A stretch of 63,609 nucleotides of DNA, the filler included, from Folioceros fuciformis (taxonomy: Eukaryota): the NCBI GenBank assembly GCA_049999805.1. It is 4 parts of 3 records of this genome, joined end to end, with 100 filler letters (N's around TTAATTAATTAA, not from the genome) between each part and the next. Parts side by side here need not be neighbours in the genome. Positions count along the whole stretch, not along the records: positions 46,295 to 51,127 come from JBNGIO010006394.1; positions 51,228 to 63,609 come from JBNGIO010006399.1; 2 more parts are not named here. One strand, written 5' to 3'. A program made the translations under genes and the position numbers. Shown in pieces: positions 48,444 to 59,866 of this stretch (position 1 is its first letter; each line of letters starts with the position of its first letter). A model generated the notes under the pieces. The model did not search any database, was not told where the DNA came from, and saw nothing but the letters and a program-made list of their open reading frames with translations.

Positions 48444-50063
48444 TTATTTTGCAGTAATTATTTTGACTTTTTTGTATACCATGGTTAACACACAATTTGC
48501 CACACCAGTCTCTCCTATAGTTTTTGAGGATAGTGCATCCAAGGTATAATTGGTTGCAACACCAGGTCTACTTGGTGCAGTGAACCAAAACTCCTCATTG
48601 GAGTTGTGGAACAACCAAGTCTCTTGCAGTTGCTTCAAACAAAACAACCACAAATAAGAGGAAGGATCGGACAACAGAAAACGACGTTGAACTACTTGAC
48701 CGTCCAATAATCGAAATGCAACTCGACAAGTTGCTCCTGATGGGGTGCACGATTCCTTTGGCTCCTCTGGAAGGTTGGTTGTTTCAAACCAAGGATAGCT
48801 AGCATTGTAATGTGTATCCTTGATGATAAGTCTAGACGGAAGATCCCATTGTACCACTTGGTCGCCCTCTTCAAATATGGTCCCCAATGGTAGTGCTTCC
48901 TCCATGATATCTCTTGTGTTGGGTCTTTTGTAAGTGAATGGCAACCATTGCTCTACCAATGCATCCGAGATTATGTCACTTGCATCACATTGTTTCAATT
49001 TCTGCCCGGTAAGTGGGTCAATCACAAGTATGCAAAAAGTGTTCTCGCCTATGTTGTAAAAGGTCTTCACTTTTAAGATCTCTGTGCTGTTCATTGGGAC
49101 TTTCCATTCAAGGAAAGACTGTACAATGAGATCCTTCGAAATCTTGTTGTTGCAATTTTCCCACTTTCCAAAATGTGGGAATGCCATGATCTCGTCCCCA
49201 TGGATGTAGGCTAGCAGCCACTTGCTCATTGATAATGCCTTCAGCTTTGCATCATGCAAATTTCCCCAATAAGATTGCATGGACATAGATTTGAAACCAT
49301 GGTTGACAGTGGTTTCTTCATAGCTTTGGAACCATGGTTGTCCATTTGTAGCTTGCTCATCTGATGAAGGTTCTGATTCTTCATCAATTGTGAGTGGCCA
49401 TGGTAGTTCACTTGCACCAGTCCATGGTTGCCCATTTGTAGGTTGTTCATCTGATGAAGATTCTGATTCTTCATCAATTATGAGCGGCCATGGTAGTTCA
49501 CTTGCATCAACCCATGGTTGCCCATTTGTAGGTTGTTCATCTGATGAAGATTATGATTCTTCATCAATTATGAGCGGCCATGGGAGTTCACTTGCACCAG
49601 CCCATGGTTGCCCATTTGTAGGTTGTTCATCTGATGAAGATTTTGAATCTTCATCAATTATGAGCGGCCATGGTAGTTCACTTGCACCTGCCCAGGGTTG
49701 TCCATCACTCCATGGCTGTTCACTTGCACTTGTCCATGGTTGTTCAACATTCCATTGCTGTTCCCTTGCACAGGCTGTCCATGGCTGTTTACTTGCTTCA
49801 ATCCATGGTTGATCATCTCTAATTTGTGCATAAAGTTCCATAGACCATGGTTGTCTACATGCTACTATAGCTTCTTCATGACTTGCACTCCATTGTCGTT
49901 CGCTAACTTCAATCCTATGTGGTTTGCCACGAATGGTTTGTTCACAGATTGTGTTGCATGGTTGTTGATGACTAGCATCTGTGCAAGTCTTATCCCACAT
50001 CACTTCATTAGCTTGGTTAAGAATTTCGCTCACCAATTTGTCTTCCCCAAGGTTACGCTCCAT
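48444..50063 (-). pseudogene. Intronless, divergent UAS+UBX domain (PUX7/UBXN7-like) gene with N-terminal 30-aa repeats and one in-frame TAA at 49551-49553
   Basis: UAS-like KWLL...ILVIDPLTGQKL; UBX-like CRVAFRLLDG..VQRRFL.SD....LW.FC...TIGETGVAN. The frame is continuous from ATG 50063 except for one stop. Confidence 0.7.
49330..49700. repeat. 90-bp coding tandem repeat, ~4 copies (SSSDEQPTNGQPWAGASELPWPLIIDEESE)
   Basis: 'tcatcaattatgagcggccatggtagttcacttgcacc...ggttgttcatctgatgaaga' at a 90-bp period. Confidence 0.9.
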
Positions 50064-51127
50064 TTTGGATCAAGGAAGCTCGATTTCATACACTTAGTAG
50101 GGAAGCTAAGCAATATCCTCTCAAAAGGTGTTTGCCCTTTGCCTTTCTTGAAGCGTGTAACAACACAAGTAGCTAGGTTCACAATCTATATGCACTATGT
50201 AATCTCAAGAAGACATCAAGATGATAAACTTAATTGTGAGCTTGCAAAATAACCTAGAACGTCTACTTGTATTGATAAAATAATATCATGTACAACACAC
50301 ATATATAGTATATATAGTTCATTTGCATATGATGGTATGTCATTTTGACATGATATCGAGCTTTAATAAAGTATGCCTATAAAGTTTGTGGACAAAAAGG
50401 TATTACATATCTTCAGTTTCCCACGGGGATGGGATATGCAATGGATGGCAGTGGGACAAAGTATCCACACGGTTTGAAAGAACTTCATATGCAAGGCACA
50501 TTCACAGTGTGTACATTACTGTGGAGCGATGCTGTACAAAAGGCATTTCGCTAAACTACGCGCTCTCTGTTCGGACAATATGTGATTCCGAATGCGCTTG
50601 CTTCTATCGAGTTATCGGCTGTGTCGCAGCCGTAGTGGCCGGGGTATTCTCCCTTCAGATAGCTCGGGGGCTCGCCGGAGAACGGGCCCAGGTATTTGGG
50701 CCTGTCTGGGCCGTACCTACAAGCAAGATCCGTGTTCCTTGATTTAGATCGCGTTGCATGTCTCATGGCTGGCTAGCTCGATGCATTCAAGAACGAGCAG
50801 GTCTGGACGATTGCATCCCATGGTCTAGGTGAGAGGGTAACAAACGCAGCTCATTGAGGAGGAGCAAAGCACTTGGACGCGAGTGATGGAGCAAAGGAAA
50901 CTTGAGGTGTATGAGTGAACCGAGGAGAAAAGATTGCAAGCTAACTCTGAATTTGGGCGTGGAGCGGTCTAGGCAATGATCGGCATATCTCTTGGGACCC
51001 GAAGTCTTAGTTTAGCTATCATAGAGGCAGCCCATATCAAGAAAGGGCGGGTAGAACTTACACAACATTCATTTCTCAACAACAAAGGGTTGAACATATG
51101 GTTTCTAGTTCATGAGTTCATCTCATT

Positions 51128-51227
51128 NNNNNNNNNNNNNNNNNNNNNNNNNNNNNNNNNNNNNNNNNNNNTTAATTAATTAANNNNNNNNNNNNNNNNN
51201 NNNNNNNNNNNNNNNNNNNNNNNNNNN
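51128..51227. other. Artificial contig-joining spacer
   Basis: N-run with TTAATTAATTAA. Confidence 0.9.
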
Positions 51228-53262
51228 GCCAGTTTGAAGATCAAAATTTTCCTCAATATAAAAATCAATCCACATATCCAAACCGCCAAACTTCATTCGC
51301 GGCGACTGTTCAACGTTTTTCGAGTTAGCTAGGTACAGATGTACCTAGTACGCCAGGACTACCGAGATGTAGACGCACTTTATATGAAGCAGTCCCCCTA
51401 CATCTCTATGAATGCAATTAGCAAAAGTGAGTGTGCGAGTTTTGTGGTGACATGCTCCAAATCCAAGTTCGACTGTCGTGTACTCGTAATTCTCGTGCAG
51501 TTCCTCATTTGCAACTACAAAATCTTTTTTCTCATACCATAGTTTGAACGCCTTTCTCTGCACACCACTTCCGCAACCCGTCTCTCACATCCTGTATATG
51601 ATCTGGACCGTGCATGCAGACGACCTTGAAAGTTTGATACTCGATGACTTTGAAAAACCCTCCATTACTTTCTCCAGGTCATTTGGTGCAAACTCCTTGT
51701 CCTAGGGTTCACCCTCTCTTTCTTGACTTCACAGCTGTTAAGCTTGGCTCAACGACGCCTCTTGCCTACAGGCACTGCACACGGATGCGTTCTGGTCTGC
51801 AAGGGCACCAATTGGGCACCGCCGTCCTTCATCTGCAGGAAGACTGGATACTACCTGCTACGAATTGGGATCGATACTGAGTCGTGTCTGGGAGTAAGCC
51901 GCAACTTTTATTCTGCTGAAGCTCCGCTGAGTGACTGATGTCCAGCAGCTTGCAGCCATCTTGTGTGTTCAGAAATCATAGGCAGTCAGGCCTAGTCTTC
52001 TTGCATGTTTGATATGCAGCTCTTTGGACAAGGCCTTAGTCAGCAGGTCGGCTGGGTTCTCAGCTGTTGAGATGTAGGTCACCACAATCTGTCCATTTGC
52101 CACTACTTCTCTTATAAAGTGGTGATGGATCTCTATGTGTTTCGTTTTTGAGTGGAATACAGGGTTCTTGGTGAGCGCAATTGCGCCTTGGTTATCGCAG
52201 TACACCACTGTTGCATCTTCCTGAGCTGTCCCAACATCAGATAAGTTCCTTCTCATCCAAATAATTTCCTTTGCTGCAACTGTCAATGCTTTGTACTCGG
52301 CCTCAGTACTTGAGGTGGAGACCGTTGCCTGTTTCTTGCTTGACCAGGAAATTGGTCCTCCTGCTAACATTAGCACAAATGCTGACAGTGACTTTCTATT
52401 GTTTAGGTCCGAAGCCCAATCTGAGTCACAAAAGCCCTCGAGGGTAAGTTTCTCTCTTTCTGTGCCTGCATAGACTATTCCTTCAGTAGGTGTGTTCTTT
52501 AAATATCTGAACGTGCGTTTAACCTGGCTCCAGTGCTCAGGACTTAGGTTCTCAAGAAAATGCGACTCAAGGCTGACAGCATATGCAATATCAGGTCTCG
52601 TTACATTTGCCAGATATATAAGCATGCCCACAGCATGCCTATATGGAGTCTTCGACATTTCTACAATTTCCTCAGATGGTAAGGGTTCATGTACCCTTGT
52701 CATCTTCAGGCCAGTTGCCAGGGGTGTTGCACACCCGTTTGCCTCAGCCAGGTTGAACCTTTTTAGTCCTTCTTTAATATATTTCTTCTGACAAATTGAC
52801 AGCTTCCTCGCTGCTCTGTCCCTCGAGATCTCTATGCCAAGACACCATGTGAGCTCTCCCAGCTCGGTCATTTCGAACTCACGCTTCAGGAGAGCCTTTA
52901 CTTTGCTCATCAGGCTGCTCTTTCCCTTGGTGGCTGCCAAGACAAGATCGTCTACGTATAGCAGTAAGATCAGAAAGCTATCATCTTCTCTCAGCATGTA
53001 CAATCCATGGTCAGCCGTCCCCTGCTTGAAGCCTAGCTTCTTCAGGTACGCGTCAATGCGTTGGTTCCATGCTCTTGGACTCTGCTTGAGTCCATACAAG
53101 GTTTTGTTCAGTTTGCACACTAAGTGATCCTTGCCTTGTTTCACATGACCCTCCAGCTGTTGCATGTAGATCTCTTCTTGCAGCTCGCCATGCAGGAAGG
53201 CGGTGTTGACGTCCATTTGCTCGAGATCCAAATCTAGGTGGGCTGCTAGTGCAAGGACCATT
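51228..53262 (-). mobile_element. Ty1/Copia element A, 3' part (RT-RNaseH, 3' region, probable PPT at ~51392-51399 and partial 3' LTR)
   Basis: QMDVNTAFLHG, LYGLKQSPRAW, LLYVDDL, GFCDSDWA, SSTEAEY, KHIEIHHHFIRE, ADLLTKAL. Truncated exactly at the LTR of element B. Confidence 0.92.
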
Positions 53263-53487
53263 TAACAAGATTTGCATGCTCACATCGTGACAAGGGGGAA
53301 CGAGCCTGTGACGAGATGCGTGAGCGGGATGCGCGTGCAGAAGCGCACGAGGAGGCACCATGCGAAAAAAGAAAAACGGTTATTTTTTTAATTTAGGTAT
53401 CTACATATATATGTTCATTTTCTAATGTATCTATAAGTTCATAAAACCATACACTTATATATAATGGTTAATTTCCTAAATCTTTCA
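53263..53487 (-). repeat. 3' LTR of Copia B (225 bp)
   Basis: Matches 59641-59866 except for one T in a homopolymer; termini TGAAAG...TGTTA on the minus strand. Confidence 0.95.
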
Positions 53488-54507
53488 CTCCCTCTTGGTT
53501 GCAATGAACTTATGAAATGCATAAATGGTGCCCATGCAATTATAACCACCGCGGGAAATTAAGAAAGCGTGTCGAGTGGCGATGTCGCGTTGTCCGCTTG
53601 CATATTGCTTGTGACCTGTGACACGAATGAGTATCTGTCCTGACGATCACTCGCACGCGACTGCTGCTGTACCGCTAAGGGTCATCTGCATGGCGTTCCA
53701 CAATTCATTCCAAGCTTGCTCTGCTTGTTCTGCATTCCTGCTGGCGTGTTTCATCTCGGTTTCTGTGGTTCTGTGGGTTTTAGGGTGCAGGCATTGCTGC
53801 CTTATCATGGAGCACCGCGACACACACATGAGTAAATCCGCTGAGTGCCCTGACTGCGGTCACTTGTGGGTTCCTGTATCAAAGCTGTTCCTGGCTTCTC
53901 CACCGCGCTGGCTGCGAGTATGAAGATGGTGGAGATACACCTGTGGTGGAAAAACAACTTCAGCAGGACAACCCCCCACAAGCCCGACTAAAGAATATCA
54001 TGCGCTTCAGCAGCACAGGTGACGAGGCAATTGCTTCTCCTCAGATTCGATTTAAAACTAGACTGACCAAACAGGAGTATGAGGCTCCCATGTCGAGCTC
54101 CAGGTGTGGAAGTCTGAAGGAGCTGGACTTCTTTTACCAGTACAACATTGCCTGGTCTGATGGGAGTGAGGCTAGCGGTGAGCAACAGAAAATTCTGATG
54201 AGGGTATCTTACGTTTCTGAGGGCCAACATGATTCTCCCTCTGCTGCTCAAGAGGTGGAAAAGAAAAGAAAGAGATGTGACAACTCTGATGGAGAGGGGC
54301 AGGCGATTGTATGTGAGTGACTTCTTCATCCACCTTCCCTCTCGGGTCCTGCATGCTGTGTCCTTATGCTCATCCTGTGTGGTTTTTCCTATGCAGCACT
54401 GCTGGGTGAGTTGAACCAAACCCATCACCTGCTGCAGTCTCTGAAAAGAACCATCAAGAATAAGGAGAATCTCGTCGACTTCTCAGCATGCTGCCCAGAG
54501 TAGTTGT

Positions 54508-57500
54508 TTAGTGTGCTTTTCCTAGGCCTGTCACCGGTATTATTTGTGATAGGCCAGCAGCAGACACATGTTTGTGATGTAACAATTTGGGGAGTGCTTT
54601 AGTAAGCACATCGGCTATGTTCTCCCCTGTAGGCACGTACTGAACATCAACTTCTCCAGAATCGTAGGCCTGTCTGATGAAGTGGTGTGTAATTTCAATA
54701 TGTTTAGAACGTGCGTGAAACACTGGATTTCTCATTAATGCTATTGCCGACTGGTTGTCACACCACAACCTTGTTGCACCAGCTGGCAACTGCTGAATAC
54801 CTCGAAGAAAGCTTCGTATCCAAATAATTTCACGAGCTGCTTGCGATAGTGCCCCGTATTCTGCTTCAGTGGAGGACAAGCAAATTGTGGTTAACTTTTT
54901 GCTTGACCATGAAACCACCGATCCTCCTAGTAAATTACAATATGCAGCAATACTACGCCTAGCATCCGGATCAGCTGCCCAGTCAGCGTCGCAATAACCA
55001 ACCAGCTCAAAACCTTCTGTTTTCCTCTCGTACTTCAATCCAACTCGCGGTGTGCCTTTCAAGTATCGTAATATACGCTTTACGGCTGCCCAATGTTTCT
55101 CTCCTGGGTTTTCTAAAAACTGTGATACATTACTAACAGCTCTAGAAATGTCCAATCTAGTCCATCCCGCCAAATACAATAAACTTCCTACTGCCTGCCT
55201 GTAAGGGCATGCGGACATACGTTCCTTTTCTTCTTGAGTTTTAGGGCTATCCTCTTTAGATAATCTCTCTCCTATTGCCATGGGTGTCGAAACAGGTCGT
55301 GCATCACTCATGTTGAAACGTTGCAACAATTGTGTTACAAAGTGTTCCTGATGTAATTCAACTGTATGCCTGTCATCTGAAAACTGGAACTGGATCCCCA
55401 ATGAAAAACGAAGCTGTCCAAGGTCAGCAATATCAAAACGTGATAATAAAACTTCTTTTATCCGAGCCATTAATATAAGGGACGTACAAAAAAGAAAATT
55501 ATCGTCCACATAGATTGAAAGTATAAGAAAATCATCTCCTTCCCATAGTATATAAACAGTACTATCAGCATCCAAACATGTAAAGCCCAACTCAATCAGG
55601 AGAGCATGAAATGTCTCGTTCCAAGCTCGACTTGATTGTTTAAGTCCATATATTGTTTTAAGCAATAAACAAACTTTTCCTTCTTCCTTAACGAAACCTT
55701 CAGGCTGATGCATGTAAATTTCTTCCTCTAGGGTCCCATTGAGGAATGCCGTCTTCACATCTAGTTGATGAACATGTAAACCATGATGTGCAGCTAAGGA
55801 AAGCAAAATCCTAACTGAGGTAGCTTTAACAACGGGTGCAAATGTTTCATTATAGTCCAAACCAGCAACTTGGCTATAACCCTTAGCCACCAAACGAGAT
55901 TTATATCGCCCAACACTTCCATCCGTATTTAACTTCTTCTTAAAAACCCATTTACAAGATACAGCCTTACGTCCAGGAGGTAGATCGACCAGTTTCCATG
56001 TACCATTAGCGATGAGGGAATCATACTCCGATTGAATAGACTGCTTCCAAAATTCAGACTCAGGTCCGGAAATAGCTTGTAAATAAGTAGAAGGCTCAAA
56101 GGTGTCAAAGTTAGGCGAGGATGAAATAGCTGCAACACCAGCAACAAAGGGAGGTTCCGTCCATTGTTCTCGAGGAGGACGGGAACGGGAAGGTCGACGA
56201 AGTTCAGGAGAGGAAGGAGAAGGAACTGCAGGTTCAGCAACTACAACTGGATCTAATGGCGCAGTGGAAGAGGTTGTGGGATCTACCACTGAAGATTCAA
56301 TGATAGTTTCAGATGAAACAGCAGGTAAGGTTTCCCCCCCTGAAGCTGAAGGGGTAGAGCCAACAAAGGAATCATCAAAGTCAAAAATGGAAACATCAGT
56401 ATCCTGGTCAGTATCAAAGTCACGGGCATCATCAACACCATGAATAGAAACAGGTGGAGCATTAGAAGAAGAAGGAGACAGGATACACTCATGCCGTCTA
56501 AGTAAGGCATGCTCATGAAAAATGACACTACGGGAATAAGAAACATGACGTGTGGAAGGATCAAAAAGTTTATAACCTTTTACATCGTCAGCATAGCCAA
56601 TAAAAATGCGCCTAACTGCCTTCGGATCAAGCTTGGTACGTAATTGAGAAGGAACTAAAGCATAACAAGGGCTGCCAAAAATTCGAAGATGAGTAATTCG
56701 AGGCTTCTTACTTGTCCAACGTTCATAAGGAGTTATCAGGCCAAGCTCCTTAGTAGGAAGGCGATTTTGCACATAATTTACTGCCATTAAAGCTTCTGCC
56801 CAATAGCCTCTAGTTAGTCCAGCAAAAGATAAACTAGAAAGAGTAGCTTCCTGTAGAGTCCGGTTCTTCCTCTCGGCAAAGGCATTCTGGGTAGGCGTGT
56901 AGGGTACAGTAAATTGATGAATGACTCCCTCTGAAGTGCAAAAGTCAGCAAACTCCTGGCTGATGTACTCCCCACCATTGTCGGATCGGAACATCTTTAA
57001 CTTGCACCCTGTCTGTCGTTGTGCCATAGTAACATAATCCAAAAAACAAGTGTAAGTCTCACTCTTCTTATGAAGCACATAGGCTACACAATATCGACTC
57101 CATTCGTCGATAAAGGTCAAAAAATAAGAGGCACCTCCAAAAGAAGCTGTAGACATAGGACCACATAGGTCACTATGTACAGTATGCAGCAAAGAGGTAG
57201 CCCGTGATAGGTTCTGATCACGATAAGGTTGAGAGATGGCTTTACTAACTTGACAAGAATCACAAAAAGCTTGGTGATCAAAAGGAAAAGATAACTTATC
57301 ACGAAAAACAGTATTATTGACCAAAGAAGAGAGTCGCTGAAAATTCACATGGCCTAATCTACAATGCCATAATTGGGTTGGAGTAAGAACGGTAGACTGA
57401 CTAACATGAGCTGCAGCTGACGGAAAAGAGGTTCTAATATTTAGGAGATACAACTCATTAAAGGGTGTCCCTGAAAAAATATCATCCCAACCCGGAATAC

Positions 57501-59100
57501 GTGATACGGAACATCCTGTATGATCAAAACAAACTCTACATGAATGTTCTTCAGCTAATTTCATAACCGACATTAAATTTTTAGTCATAGAGGGAACATA
57601 AAGGACACCAGAAAGAACAAGTAACTCAGCAGTTGGTAATTCTAAGGATACACATCCAGTGCCTTTAATAGCCAAACCACTATCATCCCCCAATAAAACA
57701 AATTGCAAACTATCAGGGGTAGAAGAAAAAGTACTAAAAGCTCGCCTATCATAACAAATATGACTGGTAGCTCCAGAATCTAAGAACCACATATCGGGCT
57801 GCAGTTGCACAGAGGATAAACAAACAGCTAATATGGAAGGAGACTTAGCAGATGTGGTAGCTTTGGAGGTGGCAAGGTTGGATTCATGTTGGATGGGTTC
57901 CTTTCGCGGTTCACCAGCGCGCTTCTTCCTGCAATCCCTTTCAAAGTGCCCTGGGATCTTGCACCAATTACATGTAAGAAGCTTCCGCTGCAAATTAGGC
58001 TGCTTGGGTGACATAGTAGCTCCTCGTCCTTGTCCCCCGCGGAACTGAGCACCACGTCCGCGTCCTCCCCTGAAACTCCCTCTACCGCGACCAGAAAACA
58101 AAACTCGTGTTTATTGAGATGATGAGTCCTTGCTTTTATAAAATCCTTTCGCACGCTCCTCAGCCATGAGCGCGCCAATCAACTCATCCAAAGTTATTCC
58201 GGGAAGGCCTCCTGCTGCTGCAGATGACGCTCTTGCAAATTGTGAGCTCATAAAATGGCTATAACTTGAGGGTAACGAGGCCAAAAGGCAAGTTCCAGCT
58301 TGTTCCTCTGTGAGAACAGTACCACAATATGCCAATGTTGCACGTGCTGTCCTAAAACGATTGATGTGAGATTCAACAGAATCACTATCTTTCATTCTCA
58401 TGCCATAAAAGTCTCTATGGGCAAAGACTTGTGAAGCGTTACTCCTGTCTTTATAAATCTGAGCAAAGCTATGCCAAACAGCGGCAGAGGTGACGGCACC
58501 TAAAGTATGAGGAATCATATTCCTATCTAGAGATGCAATGAGAATTGAACGTGCTCTCCTGTCCCTACGTTTCCAGTCAAGCACATCTGCTGCATTGAAA
58601 GCTGTCACAACAGGACAGCGTTCACTACCATCTACAATAGACATGAGTTCACTCTCCTCAAATATCTGGGTCAATCTCAAAGACCAGGTATTGTAGTCGT
58701 TTCCATTGAAACGATCCTTATCCCTGAATTCGATTTTCAGGGGTGGTTGAGGAAATGCTCCTATCGTGGATGATGATGCTCCTGCCATTCCAGAAATCGC
58801 AGAAGTCGTCAAAGCTGCCCCCTCAGGTCGCTGAGTTTGTAAAGCTTCTCTGTGTCCAGATTGTTCATGCCCTACACCTTCACGACGCCTGCCTTCATGA
58901 GCACCAACAGTGGGCTCACCAGAAGAAACAGTGCTCGGTACTTGGTGAAAGTGTGGTGGCAGACGAGGCTGAAGGTAGGGTTGGTCTGCGCCTTCATCTC
59001 CTATCTCGAAGGAGTCTGCACCCTCGTTGGGTGGTATGATGCCTGCAGCATCTATGTCCTCCTCAGCAAGTGGAGGGGCAGCCCGTCTCCTGGGCGGCAT
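54508..59100 (-). CDS. Copia B gag-pol polyprotein with a single in-frame TAA at 58111-58113
   Basis: Gag (FNGNDYNTW, LLASLPSSY); Zn knuckle CNWCKIPGHFERDC; protease LDSGATSH; integrase HSDLCGP/RSDNGGEY; RT IYVDD; RNaseH ADVLTKAL. Confidence 0.93.
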
Positions 59101-59640
59101 CACAAAGAACCAGGGTTACACTCCGCTGCACATCGCGCTGTAAAACAATGAGAACAACCAGCACCGGTGGCAGCCATGTAATCGTCGCAGGTCAGATATA
59201 GCTGCTGAATCCCAGCCATAAGACTGCCGACCAAGTTCTGCAACTCTTGCTCATGAATCAGTGACGCAGGGGTTCTACACACCTTCGCTGGCATGGGCAA
59301 GTCGCGATGAAAAACAGAACTTGAAGAATTCCTTCTTACCGCTGGCTGTGAGTGAGATGTGCAAACCCTGTGATGAGTGCGTGCTCCAGAAGATGCAGGC
59401 GTGGTGATCTGTATTGCTGGTATAAATGTGGAAGCATCAGGCCGTGTGGAATCGCGCCTGCATCGCTGTGTGAATTCTCGCCTGCATCCTGAACATAAAA
59501 ACTCGCTTTGTGATGAAGGCCTCAATTCCCGAGGAGCAGGCGTCTGTTTCCTTGACGCATGAGGGACAGACCCTCTTCTTGGCATCCTCCTAAATAGCGC
59601 ATCTGCGCTCACGATCTGTACAGGTTTGGCTCTGATACCA

Positions 59641-59866
59641 TAACAAGATTTGCATGCTCACATCGTGACAAGGGGGAACGAGCCTGTGACGAGATGCGTG
59701 AGCGGGATGCGCGTGCAGAAGCGCACGAGGAGGCACCATGCGAAAAAAGAAAAACGGTTATTTTTTTTAATTTAGGTATCTACATATATATGTTCATTTT
59801 CTAATGTATCTATAAGTTCATAAAACCATACACTTATATATAATGGTTAATTTCCTAAATCTTTCA
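59641..59866 (-). repeat. 5' LTR of Copia B (226 bp)
   Basis: Directly followed on the minus strand by the PBS TGGTATCAGAGC. Confidence 0.95.

Larger units (their letters stand above)
53263..59866 (-). mobile_element. Full-length Ty1/Copia element B (~6.6 kb)
   Basis: Two LTRs; PBS TGGTATCAGAGC (tRNA-iMet) at 59629-59640; PPT AAGAGGGAG beside the 3' LTR; gag-PR-IN-RT-RH order. Confidence 0.96.

Noticed and set aside
59100..59612. 170-aa ORF upstream of Copia B gag
   Set aside because: GTG start and no domain; most simply the 5' leader.
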